Shown: positions 36,666-45,570 of the stretch, piece by piece
Position numbering within the stretch: the stretch's first letter is position 1
Layout of the letters: each line of letters starts with the position of its first letter
DNA from: Dehalococcoidia bacterium
GTDB lineage: Bacteria > Chloroflexota > Dehalococcoidia > Plut-88900
Reading direction: 5' to 3'
NCBI GenBank assembly: GCA_965249275.1
Contig: CBDFLQ010000007.1
Coordinates: 608,001 to 672,000 of the forward strand
DNA length: 64,000 nucleotides
The notes under the pieces: model-generated
What the model saw: the letters and a program-made list of their open reading frames with translations, nothing else
Told to the model about the DNA's origin: nothing
Database searches by the model: none
Made by a program: the position numbers and the translations under genes

Positions 36666-37775
36666 CTATGATCCATTCCCCCCGATCCCGTACAGCGACG
36701 CCGAATTCTCGTACACTATCTTCCTCTTGTCCTCCTCCGACAACTCCACGAACGTCCTCTCGATTACTTCTTGGGAATGAGGGAAAGTGCCCTCGTCGTG
36801 GGGGTAGTCGCTGCCCCACAGCAGCGCCTCCGCCCCGATGAAGTCGATCATCCGCAATGCAGTCAGGTCGTCACTGAATGTCGCGTGACCCTGCCTCTTG
36901 AAGTATTCGCTCGGCTTCATGTCCAGCTTGGGTTCGATCCACATGTGCTTCCGCTCGTATTGGTCATCCATTGTGTACAGGACCCAGGGAAGCCAACCCG
37001 CGCCGCACTCCACTATTACGGTGTGCATGCTCGGGTGCCGGGCCAGCACCCCTGAGCTTATAAACACCGCCGCCGGCACTATACCCTCGGCCATCCCGGT
37101 GACCATGTAAGTCAGGAAGCCTCCATTCTGCTCTTCCCCTGCGTTTTCGGGCAGGTGGTCTTGGCTGCCCGTGTGGAAGTGGAGACTTATCGGGAGGCCC
37201 GTCTCCTCCAGCACGTCCCACAGCGGCTCGTATACCGGCAGGCTGTACGGCTGGTATTTCAGGTGAATCGGGGCGCTTATCAGCTTGTACCCCAGCCCCG
37301 CAACCCGCTTCACCTCTTCCACTGCCGTTGGAACGTCGATTACGGGCAGGATGGCCGCGGGTGCAAACCTGTCCGCGTGCCCCCCGAACAGCTCTATAGC
37401 CCAATCGTTATAGGCTCGGGCCACGCCTATCTGGAATTCCGGGTCAGGGGAGGCGAACAGATGAATAAGCGAGTTCGGGTAAATCACCTCCGCCAATACC
37501 CCGTCCCGGTCCTGGTCCCTCAGCCTGTACGGGATGTCCGTCCCGCCCGACGGGTCCTGTCTGAACTCCCGCTCCAGGTCCTCCTCGGTGACGTTCTCTT
37601 CCGCTTTGTCAAAACGCCTCTTACTCCTGCCCTCGATCACTCGATATTTCGCGCCGTCTTCCCCTTCCTCCATCCGTGGCAGTCTCGCCCTGTACTCCTC
37701 GGGGACCCGTTTCTCGAAAAGCTCAGCACCTTCCTGCACGTGAGAGTCCGCCGATATCGCCTTTAGTCCTGCCAC
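36666..37775 (-). CDS. Amidohydrolase_2 family protein (tandem copy 3)
   Basis: Same motifs; 1110 nt; GTG start with GAGGAG SD. Confidence 0.92.
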   Translation of the reverse strand: MAGLKAISADSHVQEGAELFEKRVPEEYRARLPRMEEGEDGAKYRVIEGRSKRRFDKAEENVTEEDLEREFRQDPSGGTDIPYRLRDQDRDGVLAEVIYPNSLIHLFASPDPEFQIGVARAYNDWAIELFGGHADRFAPAAILPVIDVPTAVEEVKRVAGLGYKLISAPIHLKYQPYSLPVYEPLWDVLEETGLPISLHFHTGSQDHLPENAGEEQNGGFLTYMVTGMAEGIVPAAVFISSGVLARHPSMHTVIVECGAGWLPWVLYTMDDQYERKHMWIEPKLDMKPSEYFKRQGHATFSDDLTALRMIDFIGAEALLWGSDYPHDEGTFPHSQEVIERTFVELSEEDKRKIVYENSASLYGIGGNGS

Positions 37776-37993
37776 GCTCTTTCTCCTCAATAGCTAAACG
37801 CCCTCTAGATGCAGAGGTCTCTTCAATTGTCTATGCCCTGATTATAGACTCAACCACACACTGCGAAACAACCCCGCCGGGACATCCGCCCATCGAAAGA
37901 TCGGGCAGGTGTCCGGGTTGGGCTCCCCGCTTCGTGTAAACTACTCCCCAAGTCCTCGATGGTCACGTAGTTTAAGAATGAGGAGATTGCGTC

Positions 37994-38743
37994 ATGGGTA
38001 GGCTGGAAGGAAAAGTGGCCATCATCACCGGCGCAGCCCATGGCATGGGGGCCGTCGACGCCGAGCTCTTCTCCCGTGAAGGCGCCCGAGTAGTCATCTG
38101 CGACATCCTCGACAAGGAGGGCGCCCAGGTCGAGGCCCGAATAAACGAATCCGGCGGCCAGGCACTCTTCGTCCACATGGACGTCACCCGTGACGACGAT
38201 TGGCAGAGGGCCGTCCAGGCCACCGTCGAACGCTTTGACCGCGTGGACATTCTCGTTAACAATGCCGGGATCTCCAGCACCCCTGCTAGCCACGAGGACA
38301 GCACCGAGGACTGGGACCGGCTCCTCGACATCAATGCCAAGGGAGTTTTCCTGGGCGCGAAGTGGACCGTTCCCGAGATGCGAAAGGCGGGAGGGGGCGC
38401 CATAGTGAACATTTCGTCCATCATGGGATTCGTCGGCCTCGGTGTCGGACACTCAGGTTATGTCGCCTCCAAGGGGGCAGTAAGGCTGCTCACCAAGGAC
38501 CTCGCCCTCAAGCACGGCCCCGACGGCATTCGTGCCAACTCCGTCCACCCGGGCTTCGCGCCGCCCATGATCGGCTCCAAGCGGGGCAAGGGCGAAGACG
38601 CCAGGCGCATCGCCGACACGCCATTGGGCCGCCTTACCGCATACGAAGACGTCGCCAACGCCGTCCTATTCCTGGCCTCCGACGACGCCTCTTTCATAAC
38701 CGGCGCAGAACTGGCCGTAGACGGCGGCTACACCGCCCGCTGA
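37994..38743 (+). CDS. Short-chain dehydrogenase/reductase (SDR)
   Basis: TGAAHGMG, NNAG, YVASK, NSVHPG, GAELAVDGG. Confidence 0.95.
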   Translation: MGRLEGKVAIITGAAHGMGAVDAELFSREGARVVICDILDKEGAQVEARINESGGQALFVHMDVTRDDDWQRAVQATVERFDRVDILVNNAGISSTPASHEDSTEDWDRLLDINAKGVFLGAKWTVPEMRKAGGGAIVNISSIMGFVGLGVGHSGYVASKGAVRLLTKDLALKHGPDGIRANSVHPGFAPPMIGSKRGKGEDARRIADTPLGRLTAYEDVANAVLFLASDDASFITGAELAVDGGYTAR

Positions 38744-38767
38744 TTTCGGCCCCGACCGCGCCGCGCC

Positions 38768-40066
38768 TTAGTGCCCATGCCCGTGTTCGTCAGCATGTTC
38801 ATCAGAATGCTCGTGCCCCGTCCTCACAAATGTCTCCCGCTTCCTCAACCTTACCGTCATCAACAGCGCTGCCGCGGCAATCAGTAGCGCGGCCGCATAG
38901 ACGAATACCCAGTCCATTCCCCAATGTTCATATATCAGCCCTGCAAATATCGGCGAGACCCCTCCCATAGCTATCCGCTCGAAGGAAAGGATCCCGAGGG
39001 CCGACCCCTGGCTCTCGGGGTCTACCATGTCCAATACCGCCGCCGTCAATATCGGCTGGTCGCTGTACAGGAAGAACCCCAGCATCGCGAGCAGCGCAGA
39101 GAAAAGTATCCCTTCTCCGTAGGGCGCCAGAAGGAACGTCAGAGCAGTCATCGCCAGCAATGACGGAATTATCACGATCTTCCGGCCTATGCGGTCCGAT
39201 ATGTAGCCCAGCGTGGGTGTCGCCACTATTCCTATGAAGACCAGCATCCCCATGTGGAACCCGACCCAGAACGTGTTGAATCCCAGTTCGTCTGTCATGT
39301 AGCTGGGCAGAAATGTTACCAGCGGCAGGTAGGCCATTCCCCTCAAACCCGCCACCAGCATCACGACCCACAGTGTGACGTTCTTCAGCAGCAGCCGGGT
39401 CATTTGCAGCTGCTCCCGCAAGCCTCTTTCCCGGTGCTTCTCCACCCCCCGAGACCCGATGTCCCTGAACGCCCAAAACACGATGAATGTGAGCAACAGA
39501 GGCACCACCGCATACACGCTTATGATCCCCCGCCAGCTCATGACCGTCAGGATTGCCCCTGTAGCCAATGGCCCGATAAAGTCGCCGAGGTTGCCGCCTA
39601 TACCGTGGAAGGACAGCGCTGTACCTTTCCGGTGTTGGAAGTGGTGTGATAACGCTCCCATAGCCGGCAGGTGCCATATCGAGCTGGCAACGGAGACGAT
39701 TACCATGCCAACCAGGATCACCGGGTAGATCGGCGACAGCCCAGTCAGTATCCACCCGAGCCCGAATACCAACATGCACAGGCTCAGCACGATGCCCCAA
39801 TAGGGGCGGAGAATGTCCAGGATCACCCCGCTGGGGAGCATCACCAGGCCCCCAGCTATCTCCCTCGTCGCCGTTATCGCCCCGACCTGAACCTTGTTAA
39901 GGCCAAATGTCGCTTCGATTTCCGGCAGCATTACCAGGAAGCTCTGGTTAAACCAGTGGAATATGCCGTGTCCCCCACTCAGGCCCGCCAGGATGAAGCT
40001 AGCCGTCTTTCTGACCGGCGTATCTTTCTCGGCATGGTCGAAGGGAGAACCGTGGTGGTGTGCCAT
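38768..40066 (-). CDS. MFS transporter (Fsr-like) with His-rich termini
   Basis: About 12 TM segments; GYISDRIGRK; N-terminal MAHHH and C-terminal HEHSDEHADEHGHGH. Confidence 0.88.
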   Translation of the reverse strand: MAHHHGSPFDHAEKDTPVRKTASFILAGLSGGHGIFHWFNQSFLVMLPEIEATFGLNKVQVGAITATREIAGGLVMLPSGVILDILRPYWGIVLSLCMLVFGLGWILTGLSPIYPVILVGMVIVSVASSIWHLPAMGALSHHFQHRKGTALSFHGIGGNLGDFIGPLATGAILTVMSWRGIISVYAVVPLLLTFIVFWAFRDIGSRGVEKHRERGLREQLQMTRLLLKNVTLWVVMLVAGLRGMAYLPLVTFLPSYMTDELGFNTFWVGFHMGMLVFIGIVATPTLGYISDRIGRKIVIIPSLLAMTALTFLLAPYGEGILFSALLAMLGFFLYSDQPILTAAVLDMVDPESQGSALGILSFERIAMGGVSPIFAGLIYEHWGMDWVFVYAAALLIAAAALLMTVRLRKRETFVRTGHEHSDEHADEHGHGH

Positions 40067-40374
40067 CCTTAACTCTCCATCAATACTCTAAACCCGTGCT
40101 GCTTGCCAACTTGCCTAGTCCGGCTATCCCGCATACCTTCGCAAATCTCTCGTATCGCCTGCCCACCGCCTTCCGTCCGACATGAGGTTCTACCTGTCAG
40201 TCGAGGCCATGGGTGGGATTATAGATGCAAACGCTTGCTGTTGTTAGTGTTCGCAATATCATCGAATAGGCCGTCGGTTTCGAGCCCCTTTCGCCACGAC
40301 ACCTTATCTTTCGGCGCGCTCAATGCTATTATTTGTGCCCGGACTACCGGTCCGAAGCCCGGAGCACGGGTCCC

Positions 40375-40466
40375 GGAGAGGTGCTGGAGTGGCCGAACAG
40401 GCGCGACTGGAAATCGCGTAGGGGGTGAAAGCTCTCTCGTGGGTTCGAATCCCATCCTCTCCGCCA
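40375..40466 (+). tRNA. tRNA-Ser (anticodon GGA)
   Basis: GGAGAGG acceptor stem pairs with CCTCTCC-G-CCA. Anticodon arm CGCGA-CT-GGA-AA-TCGCG, long variable arm, GGTTCGAATCCC T arm. Confidence 0.97.
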
Positions 40467-40520
40467 GTCCCCGTCCCGTTCATTTTGAAGCCAAATTTCC
40501 CTATGCTAGAATGGCCGCGC

Positions 40521-41633
40521 ATGAAAGACCTCAAGTATTGGGTTGCATTCAACAGAATACCCGGCATCGGCAGGGCCCGTTACGCTGCTCTGGAAGCCTA
40601 TTTCGGTTCCCTTGAAGTTGCTTGGACGGCAGGCCCCTCCGCCCTCCGGAAAGCGGGCCTAGACAGCCGGTCCATCACCTCAATCCAGTCCCGCCGCCCT
40701 GCCATCGACCCCGATACGGTCTTGTACGACCTCCTGGCTCGCAACATCGAGCCCCTGACCTGGCACGATCCCCGTTACCCTGACCGGCTCAACCAGATAT
40801 ACGACCGCCCTCCCGTAATCTACGTCCGCGGCGCAATCACCGAACAGGACGATTGGGGCATCGCAGTGGTCGGGTCTCGGCAGCCCACCGCCTACGGGAA
40901 GGAGATGGCCCTCACGTTGTCCACAGAGCTCGCCCGCAACGGAATTACCGTGGTCAGCGGCCTGGCCCGTGGCATAGACTCCGTAGCTCACCGTGCCGTC
41001 CTTGATGCCGGAGGCCGAACACTGGCTATCCAGGCCTGCGGCCTTGACACGGTCTACCCTCCCGAGCACCAGCGCCTCGCCGACGAAATCGCCGAGTCCG
41101 GCGCGGTCATCAGTGACTACCCCCTCGACACCCGGCCCCGCCCCGATTTCTTCCCCAGACGAAACCGAATCATGAGCGGCCTCACCCTCGGCACCCTAGT
41201 TGTAGAGGCAGATGAAAAGAGCGGCGCGCTCATAACCGCCGGCTACGCCCTGGAGCACAACCGGGAGGTCTTCGCCGTGCCCGGCAATGTCACTTCACCC
41301 AAGAGCCGGGGCGCCAACCGCCTGCTACAGGAAGGGGCCAAACTGGTCACGCGCATAGAGGATGTCCTCGAAGAGCTAAACCTCAAACTCGTGCCCGAGC
41401 AGCTAGTAATGCAAGAGTTGCTTGAAGTCTCCGCCCCGGAGGCCGACCTCATCAAGCTCTTGTCCCGGGAACCCATCCACATCGACGAAGTCACCCGCCA
41501 GTGTAACTTGCCCGTATCGACGGTGAGCAGCACTCTGGCTATGATGGAACTGAAAGGAATAGTCAAGCAGGTCGGCGCAATGAGCTATATTAAGATTCGC
41601 GAGGTCCGACCTGCCTATCCTGCCCAAGTGTAA
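40521..41633 (+). CDS. dprA: DNA-processing protein DprA
   Basis: IAVVGSR, VVSGLARGID, FPRRNRIMSGL, SGALITA, VFAVPG; start ATG 40521. Confidence 0.95.
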   Translation: MKDLKYWVAFNRIPGIGRARYAALEAYFGSLEVAWTAGPSALRKAGLDSRSITSIQSRRPAIDPDTVLYDLLARNIEPLTWHDPRYPDRLNQIYDRPPVIYVRGAITEQDDWGIAVVGSRQPTAYGKEMALTLSTELARNGITVVSGLARGIDSVAHRAVLDAGGRTLAIQACGLDTVYPPEHQRLADEIAESGAVISDYPLDTRPRPDFFPRRNRIMSGLTLGTLVVEADEKSGALITAGYALEHNREVFAVPGNVTSPKSRGANRLLQEGAKLVTRIEDVLEELNLKLVPEQLVMQELLEVSAPEADLIKLLSREPIHIDEVTRQCNLPVSTVSSTLAMMELKGIVKQVGAMSYIKIREVRPAYPAQV

Positions 41634-41638
41634 CCCTT

Positions 41639-44143
41639 ATGGCTAAAAAACTCGTAATTGTAGAATCTCCCGCCAAGGCCCGGACCATCGAAAAGATACT
41701 GGGCAAGGATTTTAACGTGATGGCCTCTCTGGGCCACGTCCGTGACCTCCCTCAATACCGGTTCGGCGTCAACGTTGCCGAAGACTTCGCACCTTTCTAC
41801 GAAGTCCCAAAGAACAAGAAGGACACCGTCCAGAAGCTCGCCAAGGCTGCCAAGGGCGCCGATGCCGTCTACCTGGCAACCGACCCCGACAGGGAAGGCG
41901 AAGCCATCTCCTGGCACCTCCTAGAGGCTTCCAACATCAAAGGCATGCCCGTTCAACGGGTCGTCTTCCACGAAATCACCAAGAATGCCATCACCGAAGC
42001 GTTCGACAATCCCCGTGAAATCGATATGGACCTCGTCGACGCTCAGCAGGCCCGCCGAGTCCTGGACCGCGTAGTCGGGTATCGGCTCAGCCCCCTGCTC
42101 TGGCGCAAGCTCGAAAAGGGCCTCTCGGCGGGTCGGGTCCAGTCCGCCGCCTTACGCATGGTCTCCGACCGGGAACAGGAGGTCACTGCCTTCGTCCCGA
42201 AGGAGTACTGGACAATCGAGGCCGACCTCAATAAGCAAAAGGCCGCCAAGAAGACCGCATTTCGAGCCTTGCTCCACAACCAGAAAGGCAAACGCGGTAA
42301 GATTTCCATAGACGACGAGGCCCAGAGTAAGGCCATAGCCACTGCCCTCGAAGGGGCCGCCTACACCGTTGCCAAGGTCGACAAAAAGCAGGCCAAGCGC
42401 AACCCTTCTCCGCCTTTCACCACCAGCACCCTGCAGCAGGAGGCCGGTCGAAAGCTACGGTTTACGGCGAAGAAGACCATGGCCGTCGCCCAGCAGCTCT
42501 ATGAAGGTCTTCCTGTCGGCAACGAGGGCCAGATCGGCCTCATTACCTACATGAGAACCGACTCCCCCTCCGTCTCCAACGAGGCCCGCAACGAGGCCCG
42601 CAGGTACATCTCCGAGAAATTCGGTGCCGCCTACGTGCCCTCCTCTCCCCGCGCATACAGGGCTCGCTCCAAGGGCGCGCAGGAAGCCCACGAGGCTATC
42701 CGACCCACCTCCTGCTATCGAGACCCGGCAGCTATGAAGTCCTATCTCAGCAACGACCAGTCGAAGCTCTACGAACTGATATGGAAGCGAATGGTCGCCA
42801 GTCAGATGAGCTCGGCCCTCATTGACCAGACGACTGCCCACATTGAAACTGCAAGCGGATGGAGGGAAGACGCGTCCCGCAGCGACGAGTTACATGCCAC
42901 GACTATGGGGTCACCTCCAAGTTACCTATTTCGAGCTACCGGTTCCGTCACTGCATTCCCCGGCTTCCTGACTCTCTATCACGAGGACGCCGACGACACA
43001 TCCGATAGCGAGAAGCAACCCCCCCTCCCAGAACTCTCCCCCGGAGAGTCCCTGGAATTCCTGGCCCTTCAACAGAAGCAGCATTTCACGCAGCCTCCCC
43101 CCCGCTACACCGAAGCCTCACTCATCAAGGCCCTGGAGGAGAACGGTATTGGTCGGCCCAGCACCTACGCCCCGACACTCTCAACCATCCAGGACCGTAA
43201 GTACATAAACAAGGAGAAGGGCCGGATACACCCAACGGAGTTGGGCCTCCGAGTCAACGCCCTCCTTAACGAGCACTTCCCCGATATCGTGAACCTTGGT
43301 TTTACGGCCGAGATGGAGCAGGAGTTTGATGAAATTTCCAGGGGCGAGCGTGAATGGGTCCCCGTAATCCGGGAATTCTATGACCCCTTCCAGGAGGCCT
43401 TGGACAAAGCATCCGAGGCAATCCCCGACGAAGCCTCCGGCCTAGTCTGCGAAAAATGCGGCGAGCCTATGACCGTCAAGGCGGGGCGAAACGGCCGTTT
43501 CCTCTCTTGCAGCGGTTACCCCAAGTGTAAAAACGCTAAGCCTCTCCCCGGCCAGGAACCCGAGGAAACCGACATCTTCTGCGAAAAATGCGAACGCCCC
43601 ATGCTCATAAAGGTGGGACGTTATGGCAAGTTCCTCTCCTGCAGCGGCTACCCCGACTGCAAGAACGCCAGGCCGCTCCCCGGCGACGAACGGGAACAAC
43701 CGGAAGAGACCGATGAGGTCTGTGAAAAATGTGAAAGCCCCATGGTCATTAGATCAGGCCGCAGGGGAAAGTTCCTCGCCTGCACTGCCTACCCCAAGTG
43801 CAAGAACACCCGACCCCTTCCGGGTGACGAACGAGAACAACCGGAAAAGACCGATGAGGCCTGCGAAAAATGTGAAAGCCCTATGGTCATTAGATCGGGC
43901 CGTAGGGGAAAATTCCTCGCCTGTACCGCCTATCCCAAGTGCAAGAACACCCGGCCTCTCCCGGGCGAACAGTCTCGCCAGGCGCCGGAAATAATCGATG
44001 AGTCCTGCGATAAGTGCGGCAAACCCATGGCCATAAAATCCGGCAGACGAGGCCGCTTCATAGCCTGCACCGGCTACCCGAAATGCAAGAACGCCAAACC
44101 CTATGCCGCCACTAAAGCCGCCGAGGAACCCGTACCCGCCTAG
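41639..44143 (+). CDS. topA: DNA topoisomerase I with five C-terminal C4 zinc ribbons
   Basis: VIVESPAKA, LATDPDREGEAI, SAGRVQS, catalytic ITYMRTDS, GIGRPSTYA. Confidence 0.97.
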   Translation: MAKKLVIVESPAKARTIEKILGKDFNVMASLGHVRDLPQYRFGVNVAEDFAPFYEVPKNKKDTVQKLAKAAKGADAVYLATDPDREGEAISWHLLEASNIKGMPVQRVVFHEITKNAITEAFDNPREIDMDLVDAQQARRVLDRVVGYRLSPLLWRKLEKGLSAGRVQSAALRMVSDREQEVTAFVPKEYWTIEADLNKQKAAKKTAFRALLHNQKGKRGKISIDDEAQSKAIATALEGAAYTVAKVDKKQAKRNPSPPFTTSTLQQEAGRKLRFTAKKTMAVAQQLYEGLPVGNEGQIGLITYMRTDSPSVSNEARNEARRYISEKFGAAYVPSSPRAYRARSKGAQEAHEAIRPTSCYRDPAAMKSYLSNDQSKLYELIWKRMVASQMSSALIDQTTAHIETASGWREDASRSDELHATTMGSPPSYLFRATGSVTAFPGFLTLYHEDADDTSDSEKQPPLPELSPGESLEFLALQQKQHFTQPPPRYTEASLIKALEENGIGRPSTYAPTLSTIQDRKYINKEKGRIHPTELGLRVNALLNEHFPDIVNLGFTAEMEQEFDEISRGEREWVPVIREFYDPFQEALDKASEAIPDEASGLVCEKCGEPMTVKAGRNGRFLSCSGYPKCKNAKPLPGQEPEETDIFCEKCERPMLIKVGRYGKFLSCSGYPDCKNARPLPGDEREQPEETDEVCEKCESPMVIRSGRRGKFLACTAYPKCKNTRPLPGDEREQPEKTDEACEKCESPMVIRSGRRGKFLACTAYPKCKNTRPLPGEQSRQAPEIIDESCDKCGKPMAIKSGRRGRFIACTGYPKCKNAKPYAATKAAEEPVPA
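43685..43966 (+). repeat. Near-identical 141-nt (47-aa) tandem duplication of a TopA zinc ribbon
   Basis: DEREQPE(E/K)TDE(V/A)CEKCESPMVIRSGRRGKFLACTAYPKCKNTRPLPG occurs twice, starting at 43685 and 43826. Confidence 0.9.
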
Positions 44144-44158
44144 CCACGAGCCACAGCC

Positions 44159-45121
44159 TTGGAACACTACCAGTATCTCAACAAATTCATCCGGTACCTG
44201 GAAGGGGAGCGCAACCTCTCCTCCTACACCGTGCGCAACTACCGGACGGACCTCAATTCCTATTTCGACTTCTTGGAAGACAACGGCATATATGACCTGG
44301 CAGAAATAGGCGGCAAGGAGATCAAAAATCTCCTAAGGAAGTACGTCGCATGGCTCACCACCGAGCGCAGCATCCAAGTCGCCAACAACCAGGTTAAGCA
44401 CGGCCACGACATGCGGAGCGTGGCCCGCAAGATAAGCGTGCTGCGCACCTTCTACCGGTTCCTCGTCCGTGAGGGCTGGCTGGAAACCAATCCCGTGGCC
44501 CGGCTCCGCCTCCCCAAACTCGACAGGAAGTTTCCCAAGTTCCTGTCTCCTCAGGATGCTTCCGCCCTCGTAGAGGCCCCCCTAGACCCCACCCCCCTCG
44601 GACTTCGGGACCGCGCCCTTCTGGAGTTGATCTACGCCACCGGCCTCCGAGTCAGCGAGGTCGTCAGCCTGGACACCGATGATGTGGCCGATGGCAACCG
44701 CGAGCTCCGGGTCCTGGGCAAGGGTTCCAAGGAGCGGGACGTCGTGGTCGGGAAGCAGGCCATTGTTGCCATAGCCCGCTATCTCTCCCACGGCAGACCT
44801 CAACTTTTAACCAACGCCAAGAACCGAGCCTTCTTCCTCAACAACAGTGGCGGTCGGCTCTCAGTCCGAAGCGTCCAGACTCTTGTCCGCAAGTACTCTC
44901 TTGAAAGGGGTCTCCTCGAGCCCGCCCATCCCCACACTCTCCGCCACAGCTTCGCGACTCACCTGTTGGATGGCGGCGCCGACCTCCGTGTAGTGCAGGA
45001 GCTCCTTGGCCACGAGAGCCTCGGCACGACCCAGATCTACACCCACATGACCACCGCCGAGACACGCAAAACCTACGAAAAGGCCCATCCCAGGGCCCAA
45101 GCCCCCAAAGATTCCGAATGA
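44159..45121 (+). CDS. xerC: Tyrosine recombinase XerC
   Basis: YATGLRVSE, GKGSKER, HPHTLRHSFATHLL, LGH..TTQIYTH; directly downstream of topA. Confidence 0.88.
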   Translation: MEHYQYLNKFIRYLEGERNLSSYTVRNYRTDLNSYFDFLEDNGIYDLAEIGGKEIKNLLRKYVAWLTTERSIQVANNQVKHGHDMRSVARKISVLRTFYRFLVREGWLETNPVARLRLPKLDRKFPKFLSPQDASALVEAPLDPTPLGLRDRALLELIYATGLRVSEVVSLDTDDVADGNRELRVLGKGSKERDVVVGKQAIVAIARYLSHGRPQLLTNAKNRAFFLNNSGGRLSVRSVQTLVRKYSLERGLLEPAHPHTLRHSFATHLLDGGADLRVVQELLGHESLGTTQIYTHMTTAETRKTYEKAHPRAQAPKDSE

Positions 45122-45558
45122 GAATACTGGTAGTAAACGGCCCCAACCTCAATCGTCTCGGCAAGCGGGACCCGGCCCAGTACGGGACTACTACTCTCGC
45201 CGACATCGAGACCGCCGTTTCCACACGCGCCTCCGAACTCGGTACAGACGTATCTTTCTTCCAGTCCAACCACGAGGGCGCAATTATCGACTTCCTCCAG
45301 GCCGAGTCCGAAATCGCCGACGGTATAATCATCAACCCTGGCGCCCTAACCCATTACGGCCTCTCCCTCCGCGACTCCCTAGCCGACACCGCCCTCCCAA
45401 TTATCGAAGTCCATCTATCCAACATCCACGCCCGTGAGCAGTTCCGCTCCGTATCCGTCATTGCTCCCATCGCCAAGGGTCAGATCGCCGGTCAGGGCTG
45501 GAGGGGATATCTCTCTGCCCTCGACCTGCTCGTCGACTCGCTCAAGAAAAGCGGTTAG
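45118..45558 (+). CDS. aroQ: Type II 3-dehydroquinate dehydratase
   Basis: NGPNLNRLGKR, FQSNHEG, INPGALTH, EVHLSNIHARE. Confidence 0.96.
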   Translation: MRILVVNGPNLNRLGKRDPAQYGTTTLADIETAVSTRASELGTDVSFFQSNHEGAIIDFLQAESEIADGIIINPGALTHYGLSLRDSLADTALPIIEVHLSNIHAREQFRSVSVIAPIAKGQIAGQGWRGYLSALDLLVDSLKKSG

Positions 45559-45570
45559 GATAGGCAAAAT

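Noticed and set aside
40375-45121. Integrative element at tRNA-Ser with the tyrosine recombinase as integrase
   Set aside because: No duplicated tRNA 3' end is visible and the recombinase is in the housekeeping dprA-topA-xerC context.
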